DNA of 63,924 nt, counting the filler, from Octopus bimaculoides (Eukaryota): the NCBI RefSeq assembly GCF_001194135.2. It is 8 parts of 8 records of this genome, joined end to end, with 100 filler letters (N's around TTAATTAATTAA, not from the genome) between each part and the next. Parts side by side here need not be neighbours in the genome. Positions count along the whole stretch, not along the records: positions 38,923 to 43,980 come from NC_068985.1; positions 44,081 to 55,015 come from NC_068983.1; 6 more parts are not named here. One strand, given 5' to 3'. Under the pieces are notes generated by a model. It did no database searches. It was not told the origin of the DNA and worked only from the letters and a program-made list of their open reading frames with translations. The translations under genes and the position numbers were made by a program. Below are positions 39,130 through 52,129 of the stretch, piece after piece. The stretch's first letter is position 1, and every line of letters starts with the position of its first letter.

Positions 39130-40850
39130 CTTTGATACTTTGATAGGTCTCGGCCAATATTGGCCCAGGCCATGTCTAACTTAATAACACCACCTAACGA
39201 AGTCATTAAAATCAGGATTCGGACAACATGGCCCACTCGGGTTGAGAGTTATTGTTTACGGAGATATATCCGGGTGTAGGAGGTTTATCCGAGATTTCAT
39301 GAAGGAACTTGTCGAAAGACTTCTTGAACTTTATGGGGTCTGTTTCTGCTTTAATGTGTTTTGGTGTAATGTTAAAGAGAGCGGGGCCAATTGAAATAAT
39401 TTGTATTGTTGCTATGAGATGCGAGTGTGATTTATGTTGTGGGTGGATAGCACGGAGTCAAAGCCTTAGGTGTATCTTAAAGGTGATGCCAATATCATTT
39501 GGGCAATGCTGATGTAGCGCTCACGGCGACGTTGGAGAGAATAAAGCTTGAGCTTTTCTAGTCGACCCCAATAGTCAAGGCCTGTCATGCCATCTATTTT
39601 TTTTTTTTTGTAATTGACCTTTCAGATGCTTCAACTTTCATGATATTTTGTTTCGTGTGGGGAAACCACAGTGGACAACAATATTTAAGGTGGGTTCGGG
39701 CAAAGGAGGAGAAGAGAAAGATAATGGTGTGNNNNNNNNNNNNNNNNNNNNNNNNNNNNNNNNNNNNNNNNNNNNNNNNNNNNNNNNNNNNNNNNNNNNN
39801 NNNNNNNNNNNNNNNNNNNNNNNNNNNNNNNNNNNNNNNNNNNNNNNNNNNNNNNNNNNNNNNNNNNNNNNNNNNNNNNNNNNNNNNNNNNNNNNNNNNN
39901 NNNNNNNNNNNNNNNNNNNNNNNNNNNNNNNNNNNNNNNNNNNNNNNNNNNNNNNNNNNNNNNNNNNNNNNNNNNNNNNNNNNNNNNNNNNNNNNNNNNN
40001 NNNNNNNNNNNNNNNNNNNNNNNNNNNNNNNNNNNNNNNNNNNNNNNNNNNNNNNNNNNNNNNNNNNNNNNNNNNNNNNNNNNNNNNNNNNNNNNNNNNN
40101 NNNNNNNNNNNNNNNNNNNNNNNNNNNNNNNNNNNNNNNNNNNNNNNNNNNNNNNNNNNNNNNNNNNNNNNNNNNNNNNNNNNNNNNNNNNNNNNNNNNN
40201 NNNNNNNNNNNNNNNNCCGAAGGAAGGGAATAGGGGAGTTGCTGTACTAGATTATGTCAGTAATATCATTAATGTAGATGATGAAAAGAAATGGGCCCAA
40301 CGCAGTGCCTTGTGGAACACCACTACTGACTCTGGCTGGGCTTGATTTTACTCCTTCGACTACAACGTGTTGGGTTCTGTCTGTCAGGAAACATTTGATC
40401 CATTGAAGTAACTTTCCAGAGACACCAATATTGGATAGTTTTTTTTCAAGAGAATCTTATGATCAAACCTGTCAAAGGCTTTGCTGAAATCAAGACAGAT
40501 GACATCGGTGTTGGAGCCCTCTCCCAAAGCTCTCAAAATGTCATCAAAGTGATGCAGGAGCTGCGTTAGGCAGTTCCTTTCATTGCGGAACCCATGTTGG
40601 TTGGGGTTCAGCAGTCTGTTGCTTTCAAGAAAGTAGGTTATCCGTAATCTTACCACCATCTCAAATACCTTAATGATAATAGAAGTGAGTGAGATCGGAC
40701 GGTAGTTCAATGCAAAGGACTTGTTTCCCTTTTTGAAAACTGGGACAACAGACTGGGAGAGAAAGTTGTTAGGAATGTAGTCAGCATCCAGTGAGTTACT
40801 CCACAGATTAGCAAGAGAAGATGCAAGTTGGTGTCGACACACCTTCAGGA
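39130..40850 (-). pseudogene. 5'-truncated CR1/L2-group LINE (RT and C-terminus), interrupted by a gap
   Basis: [65 protein letters not shown], then YWGRLEKLKLYSLQRRRER. Confidence 0.9.
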
Positions 40851-41269
40851 CACAAACAGGGTGAAAATACGGCGTGAATAAAAATTATGGAATAATGAGA
40901 TAGAAATATGTATTTAAACCGTTGAGATGACTTAATGTATTTTAGATGTGAGAATGAGGAAAAAATTAACAGTAGTATAGCATTTACTTAAAAATACTGA
41001 AGTCTAAATAACTTAAATCTAAAATACGTAAAATATATTATATATTATATACATAAATGAAGCTAAATTACAATAATTCAATCTATTTATATTAATTAAT
41101 TAATTAATTCGTTTATTTTATAAACATCTTAGTTTAATGTTATTTTAAATATGTAATATATCCTTTATAATTTTGTGCTAATTTATACACATTCTACTAT
41201 TACAAGTCATAACTAGAACAATTAGTAACATAAAATAGGGTTCATATAAATACACAACTTAGCTAAACT

Positions 41270-41700
41270 TATTATATAAGTAATTTAACTTATGTCTGCA
41301 TTTAATTTGTCGTTCATCTAGGGAATTAATCAATTTCTTATTATCAGTTAATAATAATCTCCTTAAATTCATTAGTACATAATAAACAAAAAGCACTACT
41401 TATTCGATAAGATTTAGCCTTACAAACTATCTCCCAATTTAAATTGTACATAATTAATATTTTTAGATTTTAGTTCCCATATATATTTATTAAGGCCAGT
41501 AGAAGTAATTAAATTTCTATTCTTAAAAGAATTCATATGTTGAGCCACACGTAATTTAATTTTGTTAGAAGTCGACCCTATGTAAATAGTATTTAAATCA
41601 TAACCATTCATACTATTATCATCAAGCAAAGTCACTACACATTTATATACTACATACTCCAAATTACAGTTATTATTAAATTTACATTTATTTTTATGTT
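41270..41700 (-). pseudogene. Penelope-like element GIY-YIG endonuclease fragment
   Basis: VVYKCVV...IYIGSTSNKIKLRVAQHMNSF...TGLNKYIWELKSKNINY, then LINSLDERQIKCRH. Confidence 0.85.
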
Positions 41701-41814
41701 CTGGTCTGTATTATTATTATTGGAATAATTACTTGATTTGTTTTTGTAAAACTTATTCAGCTTAAATTTATTAAAAGAAGAAATAATATTACCAGCATTA
41801 TTAGTAGTAGAGTA

Positions 41815-42400
41815 ACCAACTCAAAACGATACTTAAATGATGAACCTCTGGAAAGTTTTACAGAATTTTACAGTTCCAGTGATGGCTTGGATCTGTAGTC
41901 TTCTGGTTTTGAGAAGTCTAATTTTTCCTTTCTAGTTTTGAGAGGTTTAATGTCTCAAGATTGGTATTCAGGCACTGTGTTACATATTCTAGTGCCCCAA
42001 TAATTACAGATGTAAATCTGATATTGTAATCTGGATAGAGTAGCTGTAGATACCTCAATAGTTAAGCATTAGTATTTTCTTTTTCGATGATCTTTAGCAT
42101 CCGCCGGGCAGCTGATTTCCACACCTGTAAAGTTTCTTTTCTCTATGCCCAATTACTATGTCAGGTCCATTATGTTTACATTTCATTGAGGCTTTCACTG
42201 GGATATTTCCACCAGTAGTCCTTTTTATTATGAGTGGCTATTGCTTCTACCATACTGTAGGTTGTTATTTCTTGTTTCTTATTTCTATGTGTGTATGTAT
42301 GTAGGTATACCATTGCACCAACACCATATACTGCCCAAGGCTAGGTGTTAAACTGACGACATGACTTCTTTATCAACAACATATATTAAAATATCACTTC
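41815..42400 (-). pseudogene. R4-type RLE non-LTR element, C-terminal fragment
   Basis: YWWKYP, EKENTNA-LLRYLQLLYPDYNIRFTSVIIGALEYVTQCLNTNL, ending KTFQRFII-stop. Confidence 0.75.
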
Positions 42401-42689
42401 GGATCTCCTCTTCCCCTCTACTTGAGCGGAGAAGTGGGGAAGGCCAAAGTAATAATTAGATAATATTTTAGATTCTATAAATAATAATTAAAACAAAAAG
42501 AACCAGAGTACAGTTTCAAATTAATAATGACTGACATTTGACAGTTTGGCGTGTAAACTAGTGGCACCACCACCACCACCACCGCCACCACTACCATCAA
42601 CACCACCATTTCTACTCACGTATCTGTTTCTCTTTTAATCTGAGAGAAAGAGGGGGAGAGGGAGAGAGAGAGAAAGAAAGTGATTGAGG

Positions 42690-42800
<111 letters not shown>

Positions 42801-42821
42801 CGAGAAAGAATTTTTGGCGCC

Positions 42822-42944
42822 ACTTTAGCGTGCAGTCTACCTGGCCATTTACACTTTACCGTGCAATGTAAACATAATCCTAACCCAGATCGGGTCATTT
42901 CACAGCGTAGACTACAGATATAGCGGTAGACCGCACGCTAGAGT
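42822..42944. mobile_element. 123-bp MITE-like element with 20-bp inverted repeats
   Basis: actttagcgtgcagtctacc (42822-42841) versus reverse complement of 42925-42944 actctagcgtgcggtctacc, 18/20. Confidence 0.6.
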
Positions 42945-43244
42945 AGAATCGAATTTTCTCAGTTTTTAAAGTTAGTAGTGGAATTGTTTGTTGTCTTTAA
43001 ACCATAACTGAAGCCTGATCGAGCAGGCGTATGACCGAAGATGTTTTGCCTCTTAAGCCTTGTTGGCATTTTTATTGTTGTTATTGTTGCTGTAGTTGTT
43101 TGGCCCTAAATCAGCTCTGATTGAGTAAACCCATATCGAAAGGCGTTCCAGCCATGACCATCCAACTATAGGGTTTTGCAGTTTTAAGAGTACGAAAGAT
43201 TGAAAATGAGCAGACGACAAGACGAAATCTTGGAATCAATAATC

Positions 43245-43410
43245 TTAGAATCGTTACTGCACCGCGCAAAATGCTTAGCGGCGTTACGTTCTGAGTTCAA
43301 ACGGCATCGAGGTCGACTTTGCCTTCCAACCTTTCAGGGTCGTTAAAATAAGTACCAGTCAAATGCTTGACTTGCACCCTCCACCAAAATTTCAGGCTCT
43401 ATGCTTATAG
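43245..43410 (+). mobile_element. Degenerate SINE family B head with tail type 2
   Basis: aatgcttagcggcgttacgttctgagttcaaa...gaggtcgactttgcc...aaaatttcaggc. Confidence 0.7.
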
Positions 43411-43619
43411 TATGTCTTGTTTATCACTTTATGTGTGCTTCGAGATCCACTCTTTGAAAATAATTTTATTTATTTGTTAAAAAAATATGATACTAATAAT
43501 TCTGCTTGTTCTTTCGCTACTTAACCCGTCGGTAACGCTTTCACGTGATTAGTTTGAAGTGGGAGGGGATGGGAGGATGTAGGTAGGAGGGGTGGGGAGT
43601 ATGGGAGGGAAGGGTTGTT

Positions 43620-43980
43620 GCTCATAAAGCGAAAATTCGTAAAGCAGAGCGATAACTTCCCATAGTAGCAATGTTATAAATCGTAATTCGTTCCCAGAAA
43701 TAATATTTTACCAATAAAATTTATAATATTCGTAAATAAATGGCAATAAAACAACAGTAAAATGTAAAGAATATTTTATGTAAAGTAAAAAGGATGTCAA
43801 GATCATTTATAATAAAAAAATTATTATCATTATAATTATTTTCTGAATCACTCTCATTCTCACTAGACTCGCGCACACCATCACTTGTAGACGCGATCGG
43901 CGATTCGCAAGCACTCGTAGACGGGCTTGTAGATTTCTTTTTAAAAAACAAGTCTAGAGTTGTTTGCTTAGAAGTTTTTT
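43620..43980 (-). mobile_element. Tigger/pogo-like 3' end, cut by a gap
   Basis: FFKKKSTSPSTSACESP Ser/Thr-rich C-terminus plus subterminal ctcataaagcgaaaattcgtaaagc...ttcccatag. Confidence 0.5.
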
Positions 43981-44549
43981 NNNNNNNNNNNNNNNNNNNN
44001 NNNNNNNNNNNNNNNNNNNNNNNNTTAATTAATTAANNNNNNNNNNNNNNNNNNNNNNNNNNNNNNNNNNNNNNNNNNNNATATATATATATATATATAT
44101 ATATATATAACAATGTTCTCTAACCGGTAAAGTAGCTGCAGAAATGTATTAACTGCACAGTTATTTCCGGCCCCCGCGCGCCAAAATGAAGACATTTGAA
44201 AAATACCCCCAAATATAATTTGCAGAAATTTAGACATGCGTTCTGTGTCTAATTCTGGGAATTGTGTTTTGTAAGCGACAGACTACGCTAATGAGCTTGC
44301 AGATATTTATATTCGTAAATATTAAAAAGCGAAATCAGTGGTACGTAGGTGACCTTGTTTTATTTCGTATATTTTCATTTGTCCTGCTCATTTTACATTC
44401 TAGCATTTTCCTGAAAGTTGTCTTGAGAACATACGCTTCGTGGTAAGGCGATTTGACGTCTATCTTTACTTTATTAGGACTCCACTTTGGTGCTCATGTA
44501 TTTCAGCCCAAAGTCTGTGGCTATGCTGTGGCACCAACAGCATTATCAC

Positions 44550-44714
44550 CTTTCAATGGCCATTCTCTTGTCATTCGCTTTTGGTGAAGGGTCTAGACTG
44601 ATATTGATAAATTCTCTTTTAGATTGTTGCTGTGATGTATGTTCACATGGAACGTTGCACTGCAGGATGTCAAGTAGTTTCTTGGAAACATCTTCCACCA
44701 CTCCATGAAGATCT
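44550..44714 (-). CDS. Candidate 165-bp internal exon of unknown protein
   Basis: tactttAG / AAG|GTGATA, phase 2-2, open frame DLHGVVEDVSKKLLDILQCNVPCEHTSQQQSKREFINISLDPSPKANDKRMAIE; no recognised homology. Confidence 0.3.
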
Positions 44715-44859
44715 CTAAAGTATTAAATAACTGTGAATCTATAGGTCGCCAACAGATTGCTGCGTACGAATGCGTACTGAATTTGCAAGTGTGCCGAGTG
44801 ACATTTTGCAAGTGAAATTTGTATTTTTATGATCACATATACTGTAGTCAGCGATTGGG

Positions 44860-46150
44860 TCGTGGAGAGGAAGTTGAAACAAAGAGCTTACGTGAAATGT
44901 TGCGTTAAACTTGGGACGTTTGCTACAGTGACATTGAGTATGTTTCTTATTTCTTTATTGCCCACAAGGGGCTAAACATAGAGGGGACGGACAAGGACAG
45001 ACAAAGGGATTAAGTCGATTATATCGACCCAGTGCGTAACTGGTACTTAATTTATCGACCCCGAAAGGATGAAAGGCAAAGTCAACCTCGGCGGAATTTG
45101 AACGGAGAACGTAACGGCGGACGAAATACCGCTAAGCATTTCGCGCGGCGTGCTAACCTTTCTGCCAGCCCGCCGCCTTATTGAGTATGTTTCGGCAAAG
45201 CTATCGGCGACGGGGCAATGCTTGTACTCAATGTTTCGAGTGACACGGGCTTTTTAAAAGCGGATGTACGTCCCTGGAAGAAGATGAGTAATATGGAAGG
45301 ACTGCCACGAGTATCACCGTTGGACATGTGGAAACAATTCCTCAGCATGTGCATGAACGTCGTTGGAGGACATTCAACGACATTGTTGATGTTGTTGGTC
45401 TGTTGTTATTGGCCTGTGCAGGCATTCCTAACGTATGAAATGAACATGCGGCAGATCTTGCCAAGTTTGTCCCCGGGTGTTGACCACTGAGCAGAAAGAA
45501 CATAGCGTCGAAAATTATTAAGCTCTTCGTCGGCATGACGCGAGTGACCCATCCTTCATATCGAAGATCATCACCAGTAACAGGAGCTCTTTCCACGGTA
45601 CGACCGTGAGACAAAATAGCAGTCGTCACAATGGAAGAGAATATCGTCTCCATGACCGAAGAATGCATGACACAGCCGCAGTTCAAGGGCATGCTGATCT
45701 TTTTCTCGACATCTGCGGTATTGTACATTGAGAATTCCTCCCCTAGGGCCAGACCGTCAATCAAGAGTTCAACGGCGGAGTTTTGAATCGTCTGAGAGAG
45801 AAAATTCGGCGAAAGCGACCGGATCTGTGGTGCGCGAAAATTGAATTCTTTACGATGACAATGCACCCCCATCACCGAACTTTACTCACTTGTGAGTTTC
45901 TCACCAAACAACACAGTATCGATTCTGCACCCACCCAATTAACCAGATTTAGCACCTGCGGACTTCCTTCTCTTTCCCAAGATGAAGAAACGGCACCGTG
46001 TTAACACCGTTGTCGAAATCGAAAGCGATTTGTAGAAAGTCCTAACCTCCTTTACGGAACACGAATTGAAGGCCAGATTCCAAATGTGGCAGGAACGCTG
46101 GGTCCAGCGTATTGCTGTACAAGGTGACTATCTCAAAGATGACATCGAAA
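44860..46150 (+). pseudogene. Mariner transposase pseudogene interrupted by a SINE
   Basis: CVKLG, KFVP, YDRETK-QSSQWK, LYDDNAP, PDLAPADFLLFPKMK motifs in mariner order with many stops and frameshifts. Confidence 0.92.
44947..45179 (-). mobile_element. SINE family B with a 14-bp target-site duplication
   Basis: attgagtatgtttc at 44933-44946 and 45180-45193. Confidence 0.95.
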
Positions 46151-46210
46151 CTGGCGTAGATAAGTTATTATTTTAGTAAACGTAACTAAACTGGCACACA
46201 CACACAGAAA

Positions 46211-46275
<65 letters not shown>

Positions 46276-47067
46276 CTCTCTCTATATATATATGTATATA
46301 TACATCAGCATAATATACCCAACTTGTTCCCTCACAAGTCTATGTTTTGTAAATTTTATTATACTTTGGAAATCTATACAGACATACATTCATACACACA
46401 CACACACGTACATACACTCAGACACCCACACTCAGACACACGCACAGTCACACACACATGCAAATAAAGAAATTCATATAAAATAGAGTGAATACCAATA
46501 TAAGACAGACTGTAGAATATTTTCAAGCTATGTATTTGTAATGGTTAACTCTGGGTTTTTAGATGCTGAGCGCCTGGCACTTGAGATTTAAACAAATTGC
46601 AATGCCAGCATGTATTTACAACGACAATTTTCAATTTGCCACCATATAGCGTTTCCTTTCACATCTCTGTATGAGCAGGAGAATCAAATAAAGTTATACA
46701 TAATTTAATACAGACAATTACAACTTAATTTTTATAAATGCTTATGTACCTTTCCGTGCTATTTATTTCAGCATGCTTTGTAAAACTGTAATTATTCTTA
46801 TATTATTGAATTCATTAACTACAGATATAGCTTACATTTATACAATTAACTATTAGTTATCACCCAGAATGTTAAATTATTTTCTTTTTATTGAGCCTTT
46901 TGAAATTATGAAACATGAATATACACTACTATATTTACTACTTTCTATTTCTAATAGTAAAAAATGGTGTCAACGTGAAAATGTGCCTCCATAATTTTCA
47001 CTCCAGTTGATTAGGCGCTGCAAAGTAAATATGCTTCAATTTTGTTTTCAATATTTCTAATACTATA

Positions 47068-47463
47068 AGGCGGCAAGATGGCAGAAACGTTACAAAGCCG
47101 GGCGAAATGCTTAGTGGTATTTCGTCTGCCACTGCGTTCTGAGTTCGAATTCCGCCGAGATCAACTTTGCCTTTCATCCTTTCGGGGTCGATAAATTAAG
47201 TACCAGTTACGCACTGGTGTCGATATAATCGATTTAATCCGTTTGTCTGTCCTTGTTTGTCCCATCTGTGTGTAGCCCCTTGTGGGCAGTAAAGAAATAG
47301 GTATTTCGTCTGTCTTTACGTTATGAGTTCAAATTTCATCGAGGTTGACTTTCTCTTTCATCTTTTCGCGGTCGATAAATTAAATACCAGTTGCGGAGTG
47401 TGGTCGATCTAATAGACAGGCGTCCTCCCCTCAAATTTCGCGCCTTGTGCCCAGAGTAGAAAG
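47068..47463 (+). mobile_element. Dimeric SINE family B (full tail-1 unit plus 5'-clipped tail-2 unit)
   Basis: Full unit to aaagaaata (47299), immediately followed by ggtatttcgtctg...aaatttcgcgccttgtgcccagagtagaaag. Confidence 0.85.
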
Positions 47464-47549
47464 TAAAGAATATTTCTAATAGTATGAAAAGTACAAAATA
47501 TCAAGGTAAGGTAGAATGCAGTGGTTAATGTGCATACCAGAGGTTAGAT

Positions 47550-47758
47550 AAGGGCGGCGTGGTGGTAGAATAGATAACATGCCGGATAAAAATGCTGAGC
47601 GGCATGTCGTCTGTTCAGAGCTTAAATTCCACCTAGGTCGAATTTGCCTTTTATCCTTTCGGGGTCGATAAAAAAGTACCAGTTGAACACTGGCGTCAAT
47701 GTAATTGACTTTCCCCTCCCCTGAAATTGCTGGCCTTGTGCCAAAATTTGAAACCAAT
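47550..47758 (+). mobile_element. SINE family B head with tail type 3
   Basis: Same core, tail cccctgaaattgctggccttgtgccaaaatttgaaacca. Confidence 0.75.
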
Positions 47759-48646
47759 ATACACGTCAAATGTTACGCAGCATTTCCTTTGGCATGCGCA
47801 GATGAACACCGATGAATTTGGTGTATTAGCACTTAATCAGCGGTCTTATAGAATTCACTTCGGGGGTCTGGTACTATAGTTGGTATCTCGGTCTAAAATA
47901 TATTCATAAAATTATATACAGTACGATTAACGCATAAATAATTAATGCATAAGAACTAGTTACATATTTCAGCAATACACTTGCACATCGAATAGGTTTG
48001 AACGTGATGAATAACCCCACCCCACCGCCCAAAACACTATGCCTATCCGTATCCGTTTTCATATATGTCAAATGAGTGAGATACCACCAAACATGTAACT
48101 AAATTGTGCTAAATTCAGAAAATTTCCTTGCGGTACTAGATATGATACATTAATATTTTATAACTGATATATATTGTGCGTATAAACTATAGAATTTGGA
48201 ATTCATGCTAATTTCAAGGAACAGAAACTTACCACTATTATTGCCATACGAGTGACTAGATAGACCGAAGGAAAAATCACTCAACACGTTTTGTAGGAAG
48301 ATATAGAAAGGTATTCTAACATGTTCTAAGTTACACAGTGAGGAACATATGCCCCCGGTTTCATAGCCATCACGAGGTCATGCGGAGAGCTGTAGTGCGG
48401 CTAATCTGAGTAAATAGTTATCTGCTAACCATTGTTCAGTGCATAATTGATATTAAAAATGTTTTAGCTCTAGATGGGAAATTATTTTCCTTTTCAGCAT
48501 GTTGGAAAAATTTAACCGAAACAACATACACATGAAGACAGCATTATACATGCACACTCACGCACACATATACGCATACGCACACACACACACACACGAA
48601 CACACATAAACACACACACATATATATATATACCTGTATTTATGTT

Positions 48647-48678
<32 letters not shown>

Positions 48679-49091
48679 TATTTATATATATAGATATACA
48701 TATAAATACTTATATGAATGTATATATTAAGAATGATATTATAACATAAGGATGAAATAGTATGTTCTTTGTCTATCTCCTTACATTCTTGAAGATGTTA
48801 GGTAAAATTATACTAATGTGTCCATCTGTTTTAATTTAATGAAATTATATGTCTTTATACTGCTGAGGATTGCCCTGCATTTCAATTGATGTAATGATAG
48901 CATTGTTCAATTAAATGAAGCTTCTTGAAACAATCGTACTGCATTACGTCTGGTTATCCTTGTTGATTATTTTGATTTTAACCACTTCATTTTGAAATTG
49001 TATATATAATACCGTACTAAATTCTGATGCCTTAAATTAAGTACTATATTCATCTGAATCTATATATTTATCTATATGTATGTATGGTTAT

Positions 49092-49130
<39 letters not shown>

Positions 49131-50793
49131 NNNNNNNNNNNNNNNNNNNNNNNNNNNNNNNNNNNNNNNNNNNNNNNNNNNNNNNNNNNNNNNNNNNNNN
49201 NNNNNNNNNNNNNNNNNNNNNNNNNNNNNNNNNNNNNNNNNNNNNNNNNNNNNNNNNNNNNNNNNNNNNNNNNNNNNNNNNNNNNNNNNNTATATCAGAA
49301 GCTATACATATATAGTGACATAAAATTCAAGGCAGGAAAGCTCATATCAAGTGTGCATTGATACCGTATGAATGTAAGTGTTTAACACTTGAATAATAGT
49401 ATAATAGTGTGACACATAGCCCTGACTACTTGGGCAATTTCATCAAGCTTGTTAGTCAAATATATAACGATGCAGATATTTGCATTTGTTACACACTATG
49501 GACACTTGTTATATGTCGCATAAATTATCAATTGGCGATACCTAATTTTCAGATGTAATTTACACATTAATCTGTGGTTATTGTTGGAACATAAAATATT
49601 TGATTCTTCATTTAAATAGCTTACGATAGAAAATCTAAATGAATAGAAACATGAATAGGATTGGAGAATACAAGTTAAAGCTAGATGATCTATTCGAGAT
49701 AGTACAAAATGTAAAACATGGAAAACATTTCCCGAAGGAGCATTATAGAATGAAATATGATGCTGTGATCACATGATCAACAATTCTATCAGCTCTTAAT
49801 CTTAAAGACTTACAATCAGATGTCAATAGCGAAGGAAGATATAAATCAAACTAGTTCGCATTCTGATGCCCGCAATAGGTAATGTATTGATAAAATAATA
49901 ACATGCAGGGATATCATTTACAATGGAAGTGTATTTCATTAGAACGTAGTATCCTTATATATGTTTAATAGCTAAAGGTCACCCACCGAACACAAGACAC
50001 ACGCAGTTTCGTTAATAACGCACACAAACAAATTTCCTAGCACACTTATATAAATATATGCATATGTAAAACAACATATATATGTATATGCATTTATTCA
50101 TATATACATATATACATGTGTGTATGTGCGTATGTTGTGTGTATGCATAGTTGAATGTATTTTTGTGATATATAACAGGCAACTCTCTCGACGTAATGAA
50201 ATAATATTATCTCCCAGTAAAAGATATTTGACTAACAAATTTGAGTAAATAGTCCACGTATATCTGGTCATTATTCAAGTGTTGCATACTCATCTGCACT
50301 ACCTCTCTCTTCATCATTGGTAGGAAGTTTAATGCATTTCGTGAATGTCTCCTCAGGTAATACCATATTCTCTGAAAAGTCATCTTCTCGTTAATTATGG
50401 GAAGACGCAGTAAAAGTAAATGACCTCATGCGTCTCATTTTATCAGAGATGAGGCTGTGAGGAAGCGTGGATGGTTGACTGTAAACTGACTTGTGTGACA
50501 TCAGTGAAAAAAGTACTATGTTATTTCAAGAAAATATACCATAACCGCCTGAAATTTCCTTTAAGAAATTGTGCCCTCACAGTAACATGACACACGAGCG
50601 CAACATAATCACGACATGTAGACACTTAGACGCACTCAGTTTATACCTGTGTGTGTGCTTCAGAAAGTGAGTCAAAAACATGTATAGATCAATTTTACTA
50701 CATTTTTACATCTAGGGGTAACATAATAAATACCAAACAGTAACAAGCTTTAAGATGCTCGCATATGAGGAAATCTAACTTTATTCTTTTAGT

Positions 50794-51718
50794 CTTTTAC
50801 GTGTTTTAGTCATTTGACTGTGGCCATGCTGGAGCACCGCCTTTAGTCGCGCAAATCGACCCCAGGACTTATTCTTTGTAAGCCTAGTACTTACTCTATC
50901 GGTTTCTTTTGCGCAACCGCTAAATTGCGGGGACGTAAGGACACCAGCATCGGTTGTCAAGCTATGTTGGGGGGTCAAACACAGACACACGAACCCCCAC
51001 ACACACACACACACATATATATNNNNNNNNNNNNNNNNNNNNNNNNNNNNNNNNNNNNNNNNNNNNNNNNNNNNNNNNNNNNNNNNNNNNNNNNNNNNNN
51101 NNNNNNNNNNNNNNNNNNNNNNNNNNNNNNNNNNNNNNNNNNNNNNNNNNNNNNNNNNNNNNNNNNNNNNNNNNNNNNNNNNNNNNNNNNNNNNNNNNNN
51201 NNNNNNNNNNNNNNNNNNNNNNNNNNNNNNNNNNNNNNNNNNNNNNNNNNNNNNNNNNNNNNNNNNNNNNNNNNNNNNNNNNNNNNNNNNNNNNNNNNNN
51301 NNNNNNNNNNNNNNNNNNNNNNNNNNNNNNNNNNNNNNNNNNNNNNNNNNNNNNNNNNNNNNNNNNNNNNNNNNNNNNNNNNNNNNNNNNNNNNNNNNNN
51401 NNNNNNNNNNNNNNNNNNNNNNNNNNNNNNNNNNNNNNNNNNNNNNNNNNNNNNNNNNNNNNNNNNNNNNNNNNNNNNNNNNNNNNNNNNNNNNNNNNNN
51501 NNNNNNNNNNNNNNNNNNNNNNNNNNNNNNNNNNNTATATATATACATATATACGACGTGCTTCTTTCGGTTTTTGTCTACCAAATCCACCCACAAGGCT
51601 TCTGGCGGCTCGAGGCTATGGTACAAGGCACTTCCTCAAGCTACCCCGAAGTGGGACTGAACCCGGAACCATGTGGTTCGTAAGCAAGCTACTTAACACA
51701 CAACCACTCCTACGCCTA
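50794..51718 (-). mobile_element. SINE family A, both ends present, internal microsatellite collapsed into a gap
   Basis: Tail 50794-50990; head 51555-51718 ending ccactcctacgccta. Confidence 0.88.
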
Positions 51719-52129
51719 CTTTGCTCAATATAAATAAGTAGTAAACATTTAAACAACGGAATGTTTTGAAATAACTGATTACAAGTGATTACCCAAAACT
51801 TGAAATTAAATGATAAACTTTAAAAATTTTAATCAAATTATATTAAACTAAAGACCCGGAAGAAACTGCACTGCTACTATCGTAGGCTTTCGATTGCAAC
51901 GGTCATTAATCAATGCCGTAGAATCATGTGTAGGTCTATTTGAAGCTGTATTTATATAAAAAGGAATTGAAGGCAATGCTATGCTACATCGACATAATAG
52001 TAATAATGATAATAATAATAATGTATAATATATAATCATGATAATTATAATGATAATAACAACAATAATAACAACAACAACAACAATAATAATAATTATC
52101 ATTATTATTATTATTGTTGTTGTTATTGT

